Below are positions 37,171 through 50,562 of a stretch of DNA of 64,000 nucleotides, piece after piece. The position numbers and the translations under genes were made by a program. Within the stretch, counting starts at the first letter, position 1, and each line of letters starts with the position of its first letter. This stretch comes from Gammaproteobacteria bacterium (GTDB lineage Bacteria; Pseudomonadota; Gammaproteobacteria; UBA4575): the NCBI GenBank assembly GCA_965221955.1, contig CBDCTA010000004.1:64001-128000 (forward strand). Reading direction: 5' to 3'. The notes beneath the pieces are model-generated. The model saw only the letters and a program-made list of their open reading frames with translations. It was not told the origin of the DNA and did not search any database.

Positions 37171-38289
37171 TTACACAAATACGGGTTTAACTTGTAGTTT
37201 TATATCAGCGCCTACCTTTCTTAGGTCATTAATTTGTAATTCAATGCGGTCTTGCATCGAATGAATAGGCAAAAATTTAGCTAAACCCTGGCCTTCATCT
37301 CCCATAATGTGTGGAGCCATATAAATGATCATTTCATCTACTAGTTTTTCTTTAAGCAAACTTCCAACCAAAGTTGGACCAGATTCCACTAGTATTTCAT
37401 TAAATTCTCTATGTGCAAGATCTTCTAATACAGCCACTAGGTCTACATGTTCATTTGTGCTATTCACTTTGACAATTTCTACATTAAGTTTTCTCAGTGT
37501 TTCTAGTTTTTCATTATCTTGCGAGCATGTATATATAATTACTTCTTCAGCCTGATTCAATATTTTAGCATTCGCTGAAATGCGAAGCTGACTATCGAGT
37601 ATGACGCGTTTTGGTTGTTGTATATCTTGATCAATACCTAAATCATGTTTAGAAAGTCTGACGGTTAATTTCGGATCGTCTGCTAATACAGTATCGATGC
37701 CTGTGATAATTGCGCAACTTCTTGCACGTAGTTTCTGCACATCTAAACGTGACTCTTCACTGGTAATCCATTTACTTTCACCAGACTGAAGTGCTGTTTT
37801 ACCATCAAGACTGATTGCTGACTTAATCGTCACATAAGGCCGATTAATAGAAACACGTTGAATAAAACCTTTATTAAGCTCAGTAGCTTCAGAGTTTAAA
37901 ATATCACAAGCAGTATCGATATTATTTTCTTGTAAATACTTGAGCCCTTTTCCATTTACCAATGGATTTGGATCTTGCATGGCAGCCACAACACGCCCCA
38001 CCTTGGCGTTAACTAAAGCTTCTATACAAGGTGGTGTTTTACCATGATGTGTACAAGGCTCAAGTGTGACATATACCGTAGAGTTTTCAGCACTTCCTTT
38101 AATACTTTCTAGTGCATTAATCTCTGCATGTGGTTGCCCAGGATATGCGTGAAAACCTTGTCCGATAACTTCATTTTGCTGCACGATCACACAGCCCACC
38201 CTGGGGTTGTTACGTGTTGTATACAAACCTTTTTTGGCTAAGCGCAAAGCTTGGGCCATATAGGCATAGTCATAGTGTGTTTTATTCAT
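37171..38289 (-). CDS. ribD: Riboflavin biosynthesis deaminase/reductase
   Basis: NPRVGCV, HAE, TLEPCTHHGKTPPC, SLDG, ESKWIT. Confidence 0.96.
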   Translation of the reverse strand: MNKTHYDYAYMAQALRLAKKGLYTTRNNPRVGCVIVQQNEVIGQGFHAYPGQPHAEINALESIKGSAENSTVYVTLEPCTHHGKTPPCIEALVNAKVGRVVAAMQDPNPLVNGKGLKYLQENNIDTACDILNSEATELNKGFIQRVSINRPYVTIKSAISLDGKTALQSGESKWITSEESRLDVQKLRARSCAIITGIDTVLADDPKLTVRLSKHDLGIDQDIQQPKRVILDSQLRISANAKILNQAEEVIIYTCSQDNEKLETLRKLNVEIVKVNSTNEHVDLVAVLEDLAHREFNEILVESGPTLVGSLLKEKLVDEMIIYMAPHIMGDEGQGLAKFLPIHSMQDRIELQINDLRKVGADIKLQVKPVFV

Positions 38290-38321
38290 ACTGACGATTT
38301 GCCAGTCATACAATAGACTTT

Positions 38322-38840
38322 TTAGTGAGTTTTTTTATCACTATCTTCAGTGATGAGCGATAGCTGACTCTTAAGCATTTCAGGTGTTAAATCGTTTTCA
38401 ACGCGATCAATTATATCTTTAAAGGCTTGCACATCCTCGAAACTCATATACACCGACGCAAAACGAACATAAGCGACTTGATCTAAAGAACGTAGCTCTT
38501 GCATAACCCATTCACCAATAACTTTAGCAGGAATCTCTCGTTCTCCTACACCAAGTGCTTTGCGGGAAATATGATTGATTGCAGCATCGATATGCTCCGT
38601 TGCAACAGGTCTCTTTTCACACGCAAGTATGATGCCCTTTCGAAGTTTTTCTTCATTAAAAGGTTCTCTACGCCCATCATGTTTAACCACCCTTGGTAGG
38701 TTCCTTTCTGCTGTCTCAAAGGTGGTAAACCGTTCATTGCAATCCAAGCATTCACGCCGTCTACGAACTTGATAGCCCTCATTAGCAAGTCTTGAGTCTA
38801 TGACTTTGGTTTCTTCTGAGCGGCAGAAAGGACAATGCAT
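38322..38840 (-). CDS. nrdR: Transcriptional repressor NrdR
   Basis: MHCPFC...[23 protein letters not shown]. Confidence 0.97.
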   Translation of the reverse strand: MHCPFCRSEETKVIDSRLANEGYQVRRRRECLDCNERFTTFETAERNLPRVVKHDGRREPFNEEKLRKGIILACEKRPVATEHIDAAINHISRKALGVGEREIPAKVIGEWVMQELRSLDQVAYVRFASVYMSFEDVQAFKDIIDRVENDLTPEMLKSQLSLITEDSDKKTH

Positions 38841-38876
38841 TTTCTAAACGCAAGACTTAACTAGAATTTAAGTATC

Positions 38877-40157
38877 TTAGGCTACTGCTTGTTGCTCAGA
38901 GCTTGAACGATATACAGGAAAACGTTTACATAGATCTAACACTTGACCCTTAACTCGATCAATTGTGCTGGTATCTTCCAGATTATCCAAGATATCGCAG
39001 ATCCAGTTCACTAACTCTTTGCATTCTTGTTCTTTAAAGCCTCGAGTCGTTGCTGCTGGTGTACCAATACGCAAACCACTTGTTACAAATGGTGACTGCG
39101 GATCACCAGGAACCGTATTTTTATTAACAGTAATGTTAGCTTTTCCGAGAGCAGCATCTGCATCTTTACCGGTAATCCCTTTATCGATCAGGTCTACCAA
39201 GAACAAATGATCATCTGTGCCACCAGAAACAATTTTATATCCACGATCCATGAATTGCTGCGCCATGGCTTTTGCATTATTTAGTACTTGCTGCTGATAC
39301 TCTTTAAACTCAGGCTGCAATGCTTCCAAAAATGCTACTGCCTTACCGGCAATAACGTGCATCAATGGACCCCCTTGAGTGCCTGGAAATACCATAGAAT
39401 TTAACTTCTTAGTAATATCTTCGTTTTCTTTGGCTAGAATAATTCCGCCACGTGGTCCACGTAATGTTTTGTGAGTAGTTGATGTCACAACATCTGCAAT
39501 TGGAACTGGATTTGGATATAAACCTGCAGCAATAAGACCCGATACATGCGCCATGTCTACGAAGAATATCGCGCCTACCTCATCACAAATATCGCGGAAA
39601 CGCTGCCAATCCCACACGCGTGAATAAGCAGAAAAACCTGCAACAATCATTTTCGGTTTATGCTCTCTCGCGAGACGTTCTACTTCCTCATAATCCACTT
39701 CACCAGTGTCAGGGTTCAATCCATATTGAACTGCATTAAAGATTTTTCCAGAGAAGTTAACCGGACAACCATGTGTTAAATGGCCACCATGCGACAAAGA
39801 TAAACCCATGATCGTGTCATGTGGTTCTAACAAGGCAAAATATACCGCAGCATTTGCTTGTGAACCTGAATGAGGTTGCACATTGGCATAATCTGCAGAA
39901 AATAATTTTTTTAAGCGATCAATTGCAAGTTGTTCAGCAATATCTACATACTCACATCCGCCGTAATAACGCTTTGCAGGATAACCTTCTGCATATTTGT
40001 TAGTTAGCACAGAACCTTGTGCTTCCATCACGCGTGGACTTGTGTAGTTTTCAGATGCAATAAGTTCTACATGTTCTTCTTGACGGCGAATTTCTGACTT
40101 AATCGCTTCAGTCAGTTCCTTGTCAAAATTGGCAATTGTCATGTCGGCTGTAAACAT
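38877..40157 (-). CDS. glyA: Serine hydroxymethyltransferase
   Basis: [26 protein letters not shown]. Confidence 0.98.
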   Translation of the reverse strand: MFTADMTIANFDKELTEAIKSEIRRQEEHVELIASENYTSPRVMEAQGSVLTNKYAEGYPAKRYYGGCEYVDIAEQLAIDRLKKLFSADYANVQPHSGSQANAAVYFALLEPHDTIMGLSLSHGGHLTHGCPVNFSGKIFNAVQYGLNPDTGEVDYEEVERLAREHKPKMIVAGFSAYSRVWDWQRFRDICDEVGAIFFVDMAHVSGLIAAGLYPNPVPIADVVTSTTHKTLRGPRGGIILAKENEDITKKLNSMVFPGTQGGPLMHVIAGKAVAFLEALQPEFKEYQQQVLNNAKAMAQQFMDRGYKIVSGGTDDHLFLVDLIDKGITGKDADAALGKANITVNKNTVPGDPQSPFVTSGLRIGTPAATTRGFKEQECKELVNWICDILDNLEDTSTIDRVKGQVLDLCKRFPVYRSSSEQQAVA

Positions 40158-40355
40158 CGCGAGCTCTCCTGCTGGAATTTCTATAATTTATTAGGGTTAA
40201 TAGACTGAACTAAGAATTATAGCCCAAATACGTGTGATTATTAGAAAATTATGCCTGATTTCAGGTGTTTAGCCCCTAATAAGGACTTCAATTACGGTCT
40301 TTATCTGCCAATGGAGATAGCAAATAGATGAGTGAGAGAAGGGTTGAATATGGAT

Positions 40356-40973
40356 TTAAAATTTAAACTTAAGTTTTGTAGAGAGGTAGTCAATATCAGA
40401 ATTATCCATTTGATAACGCTCCCATTCTGCGCTGACTCCAAACCTAGTATTTAAGTCATAGTTTGCGCCTAAGCCATAAAAAATATCCGTGCCACGACTA
40501 CGCCCCAAATACTTTTCACTCGCTTCATAGTAATTAGAATCAATTTCCCAATTAAATAAACCACCTTTCATATATAGAACACCGCTTTCATTGATGGGAT
40601 AACTACTTATCCCAGAAATAAATAAGGCATTTGAGCCAAAGTTTTCTGTGTGATTCTCAGGAAACCAAAGCGAAGATCCGGCAAACATATTATCGATGCC
40701 AAACGAAAGATCATCTTGATATTCGAGCTGTAAAGAAAAGCGTTCGGTACCACGGTACCCACCATACAAAGAAAGACTATTTTTATATGGATCAGTTTGA
40801 TAGGTATAAAAACTGTCCACAGTTAGGCTTTCATAAGACAGACTATCTGGGGATGGCAGAATTTCTTTTTCACTTACATTTGCACCAACGTACCACTCTG
40901 CTTGCACACTCGCGCATATGAAGAGTATCAAAGCTGAAAAAGAATTAAGTATACTTTTATTAAAATTGTGCAT
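40356..40973 (-). CDS. Outer-membrane beta-barrel protein (OmpA-like transmembrane domain)
   Basis: Signal peptide, WYVGA, YGLGANY, C-terminal KFKF. Confidence 0.8.
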   Translation of the reverse strand: MHNFNKSILNSFSALILFICASVQAEWYVGANVSEKEILPSPDSLSYESLTVDSFYTYQTDPYKNSLSLYGGYRGTERFSLQLEYQDDLSFGIDNMFAGSSLWFPENHTENFGSNALFISGISSYPINESGVLYMKGGLFNWEIDSNYYEASEKYLGRSRGTDIFYGLGANYDLNTRFGVSAEWERYQMDNSDIDYLSTKLKFKF

Positions 40974-41202
40974 AATGTGTTCGATTCTACCATAAGCCTT
41001 TTAGGGCTTTGTTGTAGAGTTAATTATAGAATAACCGCGTGAGAAAGAGACATATTAAACTTACAATAATTGACTAAATTAACGTTTTTTTGACGGAAAT
41101 CCCGACAAAAAGCATCGAATTAGACCGTTCATTTTCACTACTTAAAGGTTGATAATTAATACCCATCAGTCACATAAGTGAATCAGATTTAAGAAAAACG
41201 CA

Positions 41203-44200
41203 TTAGTTTAAGAATTTTCTAGCATTTCTAAACATTCTCATCCACGGACCATCTTCTTTCCAATATTTTGGTTGCCAAGAATATTGTACTGAACGGAATA
41301 GCCTCTCTGGGTGCGGCATCATTATCGTAAACCGCCCATCTTGATTACAGAACCCTGTTGCACCTAAAGGTGATCCGTTTGGGTTAAATGGATATTTTTC
41401 AGTAACTTGCAAGTTATTATTAATGTATTGTATTGCGATCAAGCGTTCTTCTTGTAACTTTTGCATTGCTTCATTTGAGCAATCTGCTCTGCCTTCACCA
41501 TGTGCTACCACTACAGGCAATGCTGAATTCTGCATATCTTGTAAAAATATAGATAGAGAAGCATTAATTTCTACCATCACAAGCCGAGCTTCAAATTGTT
41601 CCGAATCATTTTGTACAAATTGCGGCCATAACTCTGCACCAGGAATAATGTCTTTAAGTTGCGACATCATTTGACAACCATTACAAACGCCTAAAGCAAA
41701 TACATCTTTATTATTAAAAAATTGCTCAAATTCATCTTTAAGGTAACTATTAAATAAGATTGACTTTGCCCAACCTCCTCCAGCACCTAAAACATCTCCA
41801 TAAGAAAAACCACCACAGGCAACAAAGCCATTAAAGTTTTCTAGTTTTTGCCGTTGTTCAATTAAATCAGTCATATGAACATCAATGGCATCAAATCCAG
41901 CGCGATCAAATGCAGCAGCCATTTCTACATGTCCATTTACACCTTGCTCTCTTAACACTGCAATTTTTGGATTCACGCCTTTATTAACAAAAGGCAGTGC
42001 GATATCTTCATTAATATCAAAGCTTAAATTACTACTTAATCCTGGATTATTTTCATCTGTAATAATCATTAATTCTTCATCTGCACAAACTGGATTATCT
42101 CGTAATGATTGAATCGCATGGCTTGTACTTGACCATGTTTTTATCAGTTTTGACCATTTATTTTCATATACAACTTTTTCTGAATGTGAAATTGAAAGCG
42201 TATCACTATCATTTGGTTTGCCTATGACATGCATGAAAGAATCTAAATTATATTTAGACATTGTTCTTACAACAGCATCGTAATCTTCTTCAGCAATTTG
42301 AATCACTGCACCTAATTCTTCTGAAAATAAACTTGCGATGAAGTCGTCGCCTAAATGATCAATATGAACATCCATACCTATATGGCTAGCAAAACTCATT
42401 TCACATAGACAAGCAAATAAACCACCATCTGAACGGTCATGGTAAGCATGAATTAGGTTTTCGGATTTCAATTCGGTAATCACTGTAAAAAAGTTTTTAA
42501 GCCGTGTTGAATCATCAAGATCTGCGGATTGGTCGCCGATCTGTGAATACACTTGTGCTAATGCTGAACCACCTAAACGGTTTTTCTTAGCACCAAGATC
42601 TATAAGCAAAAGACGAGAGTCTTCCAAGTCCTTATTTAATTCTGGAGTTAACGTCTTGCGTACATCTTGTACAGGAGAAAATGCAGAAATGATTAATGAT
42701 AATGGTGCAGTAACAGATTTAGCTTTTACATTTTCTTCGGCACCGTCTTCTCCCTTTTCGTACCAATGGCTTTTCATCGATAGAGAGTCTTTACCAACTG
42801 GAATAGCAATTTTTAATTCAGGACACAGCTCTTCTCCCACTGCTTTTACAGTCGCAAATAAATTTGCATCTTCACCTTCATGTCCAGCAGGTGCCATCCA
42901 ATTCGCAGATAATCGGATATCTGATAACTGTTTTACATCTGCTGCAAGAATGTTTGTAATAGCTTCACCGATCGCCATACGCCCCGATGCAGGACCTGAA
43001 AGTAATGCGACAGGAGTACGCTCACCCATCGCCATGGCTTCGCCCGCATAACCTTGATAATCACTACAGGTAACAGCAACATCTGCAACAGGCACTTGCC
43101 ATGGGCCAACAAATTGATCTCTTGTAACCATACCCGTAACGGTACGATCACCAATCGTAATTAAAAAGCTTTTAGACGCTACAGTAGGCAACTGCAGAAC
43201 GCGATTAATCGCTTCACTTAATTCAATTTTCTTTGTATCAATTTCTTGAGATAAATTCGCTTTAGAATATACATCGCGCTCCATTTTAGGTGTTTTGCCT
43301 AGCAAAACATCCATTGGCAGCTCTATAGGATAGTTATTAAATTCCTCGTCACTAAGAACAAGCTGTTGTTCTTCTGTGCTTGCACCTAAAACTGCATAAG
43401 GACAACGCTCACGAACACATAGCGCTTCAAAGGCTTTCAACTTATTCTTATCTACCGCAAGCACATAACGTTCTTGCGCTTCATTGCACCAAATTTCTTT
43501 TGGCGACATACCGGGTTCAGCATTTGGGATATTTCTTAACTCAAATGTGCCACCAAGATCAGCATCATGAATGAGTTCTGGGAGCGCATTAGATAATCCA
43601 CCTGCTCCTACATCATGCACTGAAAGTATTGGGCTTTCTTTACCTTGAACAATGCACTGCTCAATGACTTCTTGGCAGCGTCTTTGCATTTCAGCATTAC
43701 CACGTTGTACGGAAGCAAAATCCAAGTCTTCTGAGCGAGTACCGCTTGCCATTGAAGATGCAGCCCCTCCGCCTAGACCAATCAACATGGCCGGGCCACC
43801 TAAAACAATAATGGGTGTGTCACTTGGGAATTTTTCTTTTAAAACGTGCTCTGATCTAACATTTCCAAGACCTCCCGCAATCATGATAGGTTTGTGATAG
43901 CCACGCACATCACTATTATCTTTTTGCTTAGAAACATCTAATTCAAAAGATCGAAAATAACCAAGAATATTTGGACGTCCAAATTCATTATTAAAAGAAG
44001 CTGCTCCAATAGGACCTTCAATCATAATGTCTAAAGCACTGACAATTCGGTTGGGTTTACCATACTCAAATTCCCAAGGTTGTAATTTTTCAGGCAAATG
44101 TAAATTTGAAACAGAGAATCCACATAAACCTGCTTTGGGTTTACCACCGCGCCCAACTGCACCTTCATCTCGTATTTCTCCACCTGAACCTGTAGCTGCA

Positions 44201-45120
44201 CCCGGAAAAGGAGAAATCGCAGTTGGATGATTATGCGTTTCGACTTTCATTAAGATATGAACATCTTCATGATCAAATTGATATTGATGATTTGCAGGAT
44301 TCACATGAAAACGGGAAGCCTCATGACCTACAATGACTGCAGCATTATCACTATAAGCTGACAATATATTTTCAGAAGAATGTTGGTAGGTATTTTTAAT
44401 CATGCCAAATAAACTTTTTTGTTTAGGCTGATCATCTATTTTCCAATTGGCATTAAAAATTTTATGTCGGCAATGTTCAGAGTTTGCTTGCGCAAACATC
44501 ATCAATTCAACATCTGTAGGTGCTCTATCAAGAATCTTATAATTTTCAATTAAATATTCAATTTCATCCTCTGCAAGTGCTAAACCCATTTCTTGATTCG
44601 CTTTCGAAAGTGCATCGTGAGCATTATCGCCCAAAGATATTTGTTGTAACTCGCGCTTAGTTTCTTCTATAAATAATTTTTGACCCTCATCGAGTGAATA
44701 TGAAACCGATTCAGTCATTCGATCATGCAAGTTGACATCCAACTGTTCTTTTTCTTCAGTAGTTAATGCATCACTTAAGGTGAATTCGTACCAGATACCT
44801 CGTTCGACGCGGTTTATTTTTTCTAAACCGCAGTTATGTGCAATATCTGTTGCTTTAGATGACCAAGGAGAAATCGTTCCAAAACGCGGAGTTACGAGAA
44901 GCGCAAAATCACTTTTTGATTCACTTGATGAAGATATGGATTTAGAAAGCAATGCTTTAAGTTTCAAATGATCATTTTCAGTAATTTCACCATTCGTATG
45001 AACAAAATGAACATATCTAGCCGAAATGTTGGTGACCTTAGAAGTGAACGTTTGAAGCAGGCGCTGAAGGTTCTGAATCCTAAATGGAGATAACGCTTGA
45101 TCTCCTTGAATGATCAACAT
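41203..45120 (-). CDS. purL: Phosphoribosylformylglycinamidine synthase (large form)
   Basis: [36 protein letters not shown]. Confidence 0.98.
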   Translation of the reverse strand: MLIIQGDQALSPFRIQNLQRLLQTFTSKVTNISARYVHFVHTNGEITENDHLKLKALLSKSISSSSESKSDFALLVTPRFGTISPWSSKATDIAHNCGLEKINRVERGIWYEFTLSDALTTEEKEQLDVNLHDRMTESVSYSLDEGQKLFIEETKRELQQISLGDNAHDALSKANQEMGLALAEDEIEYLIENYKILDRAPTDVELMMFAQANSEHCRHKIFNANWKIDDQPKQKSLFGMIKNTYQHSSENILSAYSDNAAVIVGHEASRFHVNPANHQYQFDHEDVHILMKVETHNHPTAISPFPGAATGSGGEIRDEGAVGRGGKPKAGLCGFSVSNLHLPEKLQPWEFEYGKPNRIVSALDIMIEGPIGAASFNNEFGRPNILGYFRSFELDVSKQKDNSDVRGYHKPIMIAGGLGNVRSEHVLKEKFPSDTPIIVLGGPAMLIGLGGGAASSMASGTRSEDLDFASVQRGNAEMQRRCQEVIEQCIVQGKESPILSVHDVGAGGLSNALPELIHDADLGGTFELRNIPNAEPGMSPKEIWCNEAQERYVLAVDKNKLKAFEALCVRERCPYAVLGASTEEQQLVLSDEEFNNYPIELPMDVLLGKTPKMERDVYSKANLSQEIDTKKIELSEAINRVLQLPTVASKSFLITIGDRTVTGMVTRDQFVGPWQVPVADVAVTCSDYQGYAGEAMAMGERTPVALLSGPASGRMAIGEAITNILAADVKQLSDIRLSANWMAPAGHEGEDANLFATVKAVGEELCPELKIAIPVGKDSLSMKSHWYEKGEDGAEENVKAKSVTAPLSLIISAFSPVQDVRKTLTPELNKDLEDSRLLLIDLGAKKNRLGGSALAQVYSQIGDQSADLDDSTRLKNFFTVITELKSENLIHAYHDRSDGGLFACLCEMSFASHIGMDVHIDHLGDDFIASLFSEELGAVIQIAEEDYDAVVRTMSKYNLDSFMHVIGKPNDSDTLSISHSEKVVYENKWSKLIKTWSSTSHAIQSLRDNPVCADEELMIITDENNPGLSSNLSFDINEDIALPFVNKGVNPKIAVLREQGVNGHVEMAAAFDRAGFDAIDVHMTDLIEQRQKLENFNGFVACGGFSYGDVLGAGGGWAKSILFNSYLKDEFEQFFNNKDVFALGVCNGCQMMSQLKDIIPGAELWPQFVQNDSEQFEARLVMVEINASLSIFLQDMQNSALPVVVAHGEGRADCSNEAMQKLQEERLIAIQYINNNLQVTEKYPFNPNGSPLGATGFCNQDGRFTIMMPHPERLFRSVQYSWQPKYWKEDGPWMRMFRNARKFLN

Positions 45121-45281
45121 TTAAAATGAACGCCTTTTAGGTGAAAAATCAGTACTAAAGAGGCCGGAATCATATCGGAAAAGTACGGTCCAATATATAG
45201 ATCGTGCGTTTTATCAACAATGTTTGATACTTATATATAGTATAGTTATATATTCATCGTATCGCTCTTATGTAAACAATG

Positions 45282-45638
45282 GGGGGCGACTCGGTTTCGA
45301 CGTGGATTGCGAAACTGGAGGTGCATGCCGAGGATGTTAGCTAGCCTCGTAAATAATGCTGCAAAATTATAGTTGCAAACGATGACAACTACGCTCTAGC
45401 TGCTTAAAAACCAGTCTATTGCCGTCCGACCAGTTCAGCTTACGGTTCTGACTCGGGCGTAACCTTAGTAAGCTCGTGGTGAAGTCTGTCTGGAGCGGAT
45501 CCATTAAAACTAATCCAGGCTCCCCGTTATATGCCCTGTCGTTCGGGAGTATAGCGGTTAAGTTAAAGAGCGACTAAGCATGTAGTACCAAAGGCAGAGA
45601 ATTTGCGGACGCGGGTTCGATTCCCGCCGCCTCCACCA
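45282..45638 (+). ncRNA. ssrA: tmRNA
   Basis: 5' GGGGGCG pairs with CGCCTCC-A-CCA; GGTTCGATTCC T-arm; tag reading frame 45375-45407 encodes ANDDNYALAA*. Confidence 0.97.
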
Positions 45639-45756
45639 ATGATTTAATCAAACATATTAGAAGGCATTTTGGGGATTCCTTTTACTTCTTAATTCTCTTC
45701 ACTTATTTTTTAAAAAAAGCCAATAGATACTGTTCATTTGAGTCGAATTACGACTA

Positions 45757-45797
45757 GGGATGCGGGTTTTGTAAAGGGGTGAACTTACCCACTCTAC
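45757..45797. repeat. 41-bp hairpin repeat, copy 1
   Basis: 30/41 identical to 50460-50500; internal GGGTGA/TTACCC stem. Confidence 0.6.
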
Positions 45798-45857
45798 CTA
45801 GTCATACAGAATTTTTGCTTAAAACTCTTAAACTATTAGTACATAGTTCGAAATTAA

Positions 45858-47919
45858 TTATCCGATCGCAGTATCTTGGATATTGTCCCAATTGATAACT
45901 ATAGTTGTGGGTTCGTCAAAGTAATATCCTTGTCCATAATCAACACCAATACCTTTTAGTATTTTTAAAATTTCTTCATTTTCAACGAACTCCGCTACCG
46001 TTTGTTTCCCACTGGCGCTCGCAATCTCATGAATTGACTTCACGGTGGCTCGATCTATCGAGTCGGCATCCATGTTTTTCACAAAGGCACCATCAATTTT
46101 TATAATATCGACAGGCAAATTCTTTAAATATTGAAATGAAGAAAGCCCGCTTCCAAAATCATCTAGTGCAAATAAACATCCATGATCTTTTAATTTGTTT
46201 ATAAAATTCTTAGCATTTGTAATATCTGTGACGGCAGCGCTTTCGGTGATTTCGAAGCATATTTTATTGGCTGGCATATTTACTTCAATGAGCTTATCGA
46301 TAATAAAATCAGCCATATTTAAATTACTAAAGCTTTGTCCTGATAAATTTATATTGCACACGCCTAAATGTTCTAGCTGCTCAGGATGACTCATCAATAA
46401 TTCAAAAGTATGACTGATCACCCATTGATCCAGTTTGGTTGCAAGATGATATCGTTCTGCAGTGGGAAGAAATCCATACGGACTCATCAATTGGCCTTCG
46501 TTTGAGACCATCCTGATCAGCACTTCAAAGTGTGGTGTGCGATGTGTTTGAGGATTCAATGGGACGATATTCTGGCGATACAGTACAAATCGATTTTCTT
46601 CAAGCGCTAAGTGAATTTGATTGATACATGACATTTCGGTTCGTTTACGTGCAAGTTCAGTATCCGATTTATTAAAGGCGTGCACTCGATTGCGTCCTAA
46701 TTCTTTTGCTACTGCACACGCTGTATCTGCAATATTTAATATCTCACCGGCTGTACAGTTTTGCGCATCGATTTCTGCTAATCCAATGCATGCACTGATA
46801 CGAAATGCTTTGTCTTCCCACATATAACGTAGATTTTCAATATCATCGCGAATTTTATTACTAATTTTCAGCGCGGTATCCATATCGCAGTCATACAAGA
46901 TAAAGCAAAATTCATCGCCACCAATTCGCGATACAAAATCTGATCGTCTCACACCATTTTTTATAATTGCTGCAATGTTTTTTAATAGTTCATCTCCTGC
47001 AATATGACCGCAGGTGTCATTTACAATTTTGAATTGATCTAAATCGAGATAACAAAGCATGTTATTGCAATCATTGCCTGTTGAATCTGATTGCGCAGTA
47101 TAACTATTTAAATTTCGTTCTAGTTCACGACGGTTATATAAATCGGTAAGGGCATCGTGAGAAGCTTGATGGGATAAGGTATTGGTTAATATAGAAAGGC
47201 TTTTGCTAAGATCGACAATTTCCTTAGGCCCTTTATTGATACCTTCAAAACTCGTTATATTTCCCAAGGATGATTCAGCAGCATGTTTAAGTTTCCCTAG
47301 TGGATCACATACACGTTTATACGCCCATATCCATAATATAAATAAGAACATACCAAAAATACCCGCACCTATTATTCTCGCGTGACGTGCACTTTCTCTT
47401 TTGTCTAGTAAAAGTTTAAATCTTTGATCCGTCATTACTTGTGCATGATTCAGTAAATCAGTGACATTGGTTGCAAGACGTTGGGTCGTTTTATCCGATT
47501 GCAATAACAAGTTATTCAAGGTTGATTGACGGTCATCACCTAAAATATTTCTTGATTGAGCAAGTAGATTATTTACTTGTTTAACATCATTTTTACTTTG
47601 AATTAATAATTGTGGATTATCAAAAATAGTAGAATAAGATGTAAATTTTTGAATGGTTTTAGAGAGTAATCGACCTTTTTCAATTGCCCCATCAATAAGA
47701 TAGGTTTCACCGCTACCCAGAATTAAATCTACACTTATAAAGTATTGATATAATTCCTTTTCAAATGTTCTTAAATTACTGATAACAATTTGATCAGAAA
47801 TATTTTCATTTGATACGGACGTAACACTATTTCGCCTTATCATTAATGATATATTCAAGCACAAACCCACTGGACAAGCAGGCTAAAATGATCACAGCAA
47901 AATATAATTTAATATTCAA
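45858..47919 (-). CDS. Membrane-bound GGDEF-EAL c-di-GMP enzyme (N-terminal TM in a shifted frame near 47830)
   Basis: HDALTDLYNR, GGDEF, EVLIR, DDFGSG, KIDG; upstream frame from TTG 47919 gives MNIKLYFAVIILACLSSGFVLEY. Confidence 0.88.
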
Positions 47920-47939
47920 GGCGATAGCTGAATCAAAAA

Positions 47940-48958
47940 CTATTGATGTACACCACTCATGAAATAAACTTCTGAAGCTGCAATTTCTGCAAGCGTATTA
48001 CACTCAGATGGAATAGCTATCGTTCTACCCACTACCACATCAAATGATTCCTTTATTTCTTGACTGGGCCATATAGATTTAGGGAGTATGGCTAAAATTT
48101 TCCCATATGTTGAAAATAACCACATAAATTCACCCATTTGTTCATCAGCATTCCATTGTGCTTCTACCAAATAACCGAGCAGATTCTTATTGTGATCATT
48201 TATCTGAAAACTTTTGATGGAATCAAAATTAATGAACGTAGAATCATAACCTAACGCTTCATGTACCTCTGAGCGATCCATCGACAATGAATCCTTAGCT
48301 GCGATCTCAATTTCTTTTGCTTGTGGGAAATATTTTTTAGTCAAAGCATGTTGATGAAATATTTTGAGATCTTCTTTCCATACGATATCTGTGACAGAAA
48401 TTGTCTTCAACGCGGATTGCACAATCGATAACGATAAAGATTGAATGTCGTCTGATTTTATAGAAAGGTCGATATCGAGTTTATTCCCTTCAGAATTAAG
48501 CATGTTTAATATTTGCTTAAATGTTTTTCCTTTCAAATAATCTTTAAAAAATTTAAATTTGAATCACTGCACGCAGGAATACGGCATCGCTGTATATAAA
48601 AATTATGCACCGATAAATCGAAATTTAATGCCCATGCAATTTCTACAATTCCCCAATCAGACAACTCTGAACGTGCATGGATTAGACCGGTAGGTGTTTT
48701 ATCGTCTAACGCGACATATAACGTATGTTTTCCAAGTTCATTAAAATGCAATGTGAATGGTAACTGCTCACTCACCGCGTTGCGTGCTTCTTTGTCTACA
48801 ACCTTTACGATTGATTGATGATCTGTGGCTTGTGGATATAGATGATGAATAGCAGCCATGGGATCACGCAGTGAACAGTATGCGTTGGCACTCACAATAG
48901 ATGGAATGCACATTAACCCTATACAAATCAGAAATTGGAGGTTTCGAATTTTTATCAT
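47940..48958 (-). pseudogene. Exported protein, possibly FMN-binding-like, split at the homopolymer 48546-48551
   Basis: ORFs 48533-48958 (signal peptide) and 47940-48536 join if one indel is removed (...FKDYLKGKTF...); family assignment tentative. Confidence 0.55.
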
Positions 48959-48997
48959 CTTGTATCCTTTTTAGTACGCATTTGATGGGTACACTAA

Positions 48998-50068
48998 TTA
49001 AATCCTCACTCTTAATTGAAATGAGGCCGTGGTATCTGCTTTCATACCTGTGGGGTTATCAACTTCATGAAAAAGTTGTGAGCTCAACGAAAGTTGTCTA
49101 TTGAATTTCCAAGTAGCACCAAAGGTGAGACCCAAGGCTTCATCCCAGCTACCTTTTAACTTTTCATACGAAGTATTTGTTTGGAGGTATAATTGAATAG
49201 ATTCAGCTAAATTGCGCCATGAGAGTTCGCCCAACCAGTTGAATACTTCATTGTCATCATTTTCACCACCCGAGAACTCAGACAAAAGTTCCCATTGATA
49301 AATGTAGTGTGCGATATCAATGCCTAGATGTTTTCTTTTAACTGCTTGATCACCGGCAAGCACTTCTCCGTAAAAGTAGGAGAACCCAAAAATTGTATTT
49401 TGATGACTCGGCGTCCCCACCCGTCCAGATAGGACATAAGGATTGTCACGATCTAAAAATTCATTACTGGATCCACGTGTAAATGCAAACTCGTAATCGA
49501 ATTTCGGCAAGCTGCCATTTATTGAAGTACCCCAGTCAGCTTTGATCCCTCTTTTTTTGAATGTATATTGTCGCAGCGTACCATTCGTATCAGTGTTTTG
49601 TTCCAATCCAAATGGAACTTCAAAATGTCCAATTCGGATATTAAATTTCCCATGGGCCAGTCCGGTGTAGTTAAAATTTGCAATTCGCCACGTAAGTTCC
49701 CAATCATCTCCATCATCAAAGAAAAAAGGTGGATTCGGAATATTTTTAAGATGTACAAGATAAGGTTGGAATACTAAGGTGCCATAGTCTCCATTCGAAC
49801 CCGAAAAGACTTTATGTAGATCAAACCCATATACATCTTGTGCATACCACTCATCTGCTTCTAGGTTTCGTATTTGGCGTGTCGAGACATCCAATGCCCA
49901 TCGTAGATTTTCCAATATTTTATTTTCCTCAAATTCGCTCACCGTAATCTCAGATTGCTCTGCGCCTAATGTGTCGGAAGAATATGAATCAGGATCTGCC
50001 AATGCGGATATACTGATCATCATTAAAAGAGGAATGAAACTTAAGTATTTAATAAAGTGTGCTTCCAT
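48998..50068 (-). CDS. Putative outer-membrane beta-barrel/porin-like protein
   Basis: Signal peptide, IRIGHFEVPFGLE, alternating beta strands, C-terminal FQLRVRI. Confidence 0.65.
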   Translation of the reverse strand: MEAHFIKYLSFIPLLMMISISALADPDSYSSDTLGAEQSEITVSEFEENKILENLRWALDVSTRQIRNLEADEWYAQDVYGFDLHKVFSGSNGDYGTLVFQPYLVHLKNIPNPPFFFDDGDDWELTWRIANFNYTGLAHGKFNIRIGHFEVPFGLEQNTDTNGTLRQYTFKKRGIKADWGTSINGSLPKFDYEFAFTRGSSNEFLDRDNPYVLSGRVGTPSHQNTIFGFSYFYGEVLAGDQAVKRKHLGIDIAHYIYQWELLSEFSGGENDDNEVFNWLGELSWRNLAESIQLYLQTNTSYEKLKGSWDEALGLTFGATWKFNRQLSLSSQLFHEVDNPTGMKADTTASFQLRVRI

Positions 50069-50350
50069 GCTTTTGCCAGCTTTTACAAATAGTTACCCAC
50101 ATTAATTATCGGCAGCACATGCAATAACTTGTATCGAATTACGAGTTTATGGGTCATAAATATGAAAAATGTGAGCAAATACACCACATTTAAAATACAA
50201 ATAGAAAATTTATAAGAAAGTTCAGTAAGTTACAGAGAGTCTGTACCTATCGAAAAATTTATGCGCTATATCAAATAACGATTAAATTGTTATATAGAGA
50301 GAATACCGAAGCAGCTTATAAAATTTGCTTTTGTTTCAACTCAACAAATT

Positions 50351-50371
50351 TGAGGGGTACTTTTGGGGGTA
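50351..50371. other. Tandem GGGGTA motif resembling integrase arm-type sites
   Basis: tgaggggtacttttgggggta; the resemblance to sites beside tRNA/tmRNA island ends is from recall. Confidence 0.35.
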
Positions 50372-50459
50372 TTTAGGATTGCTAGAATAAATTTATTCAA
50401 TTCAATCAGGATTTTATTCAATTAATGTAGTTGATGACCCGTCAACCGAATTAATATCA

Positions 50460-50500
50460 GGGACGTGGGTTCTGTAGTGGGGTGAGCATCCTTACTCAAC
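50460..50500. repeat. 41-bp hairpin repeat, copy 2
   Basis: gggacgtgggttctgtagtggggtgagcatccttactcaac. Confidence 0.6.
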
Positions 50501-50508
50501 TTTTTAGA

Positions 50509-50536
50509 ATGTCCGCTTTGGGTCCTTAGCGGGCAT
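50509..50536 (+). repeat. 28-bp palindromic repeat, copy 5
   Basis: atgtccgct-ttgggtcctt-agcgggcat, same family as the copies in 595-1817. Confidence 0.75.
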
Positions 50537-50562
50537 TTTGGTAATTAGTTGCTTTGTCTATT

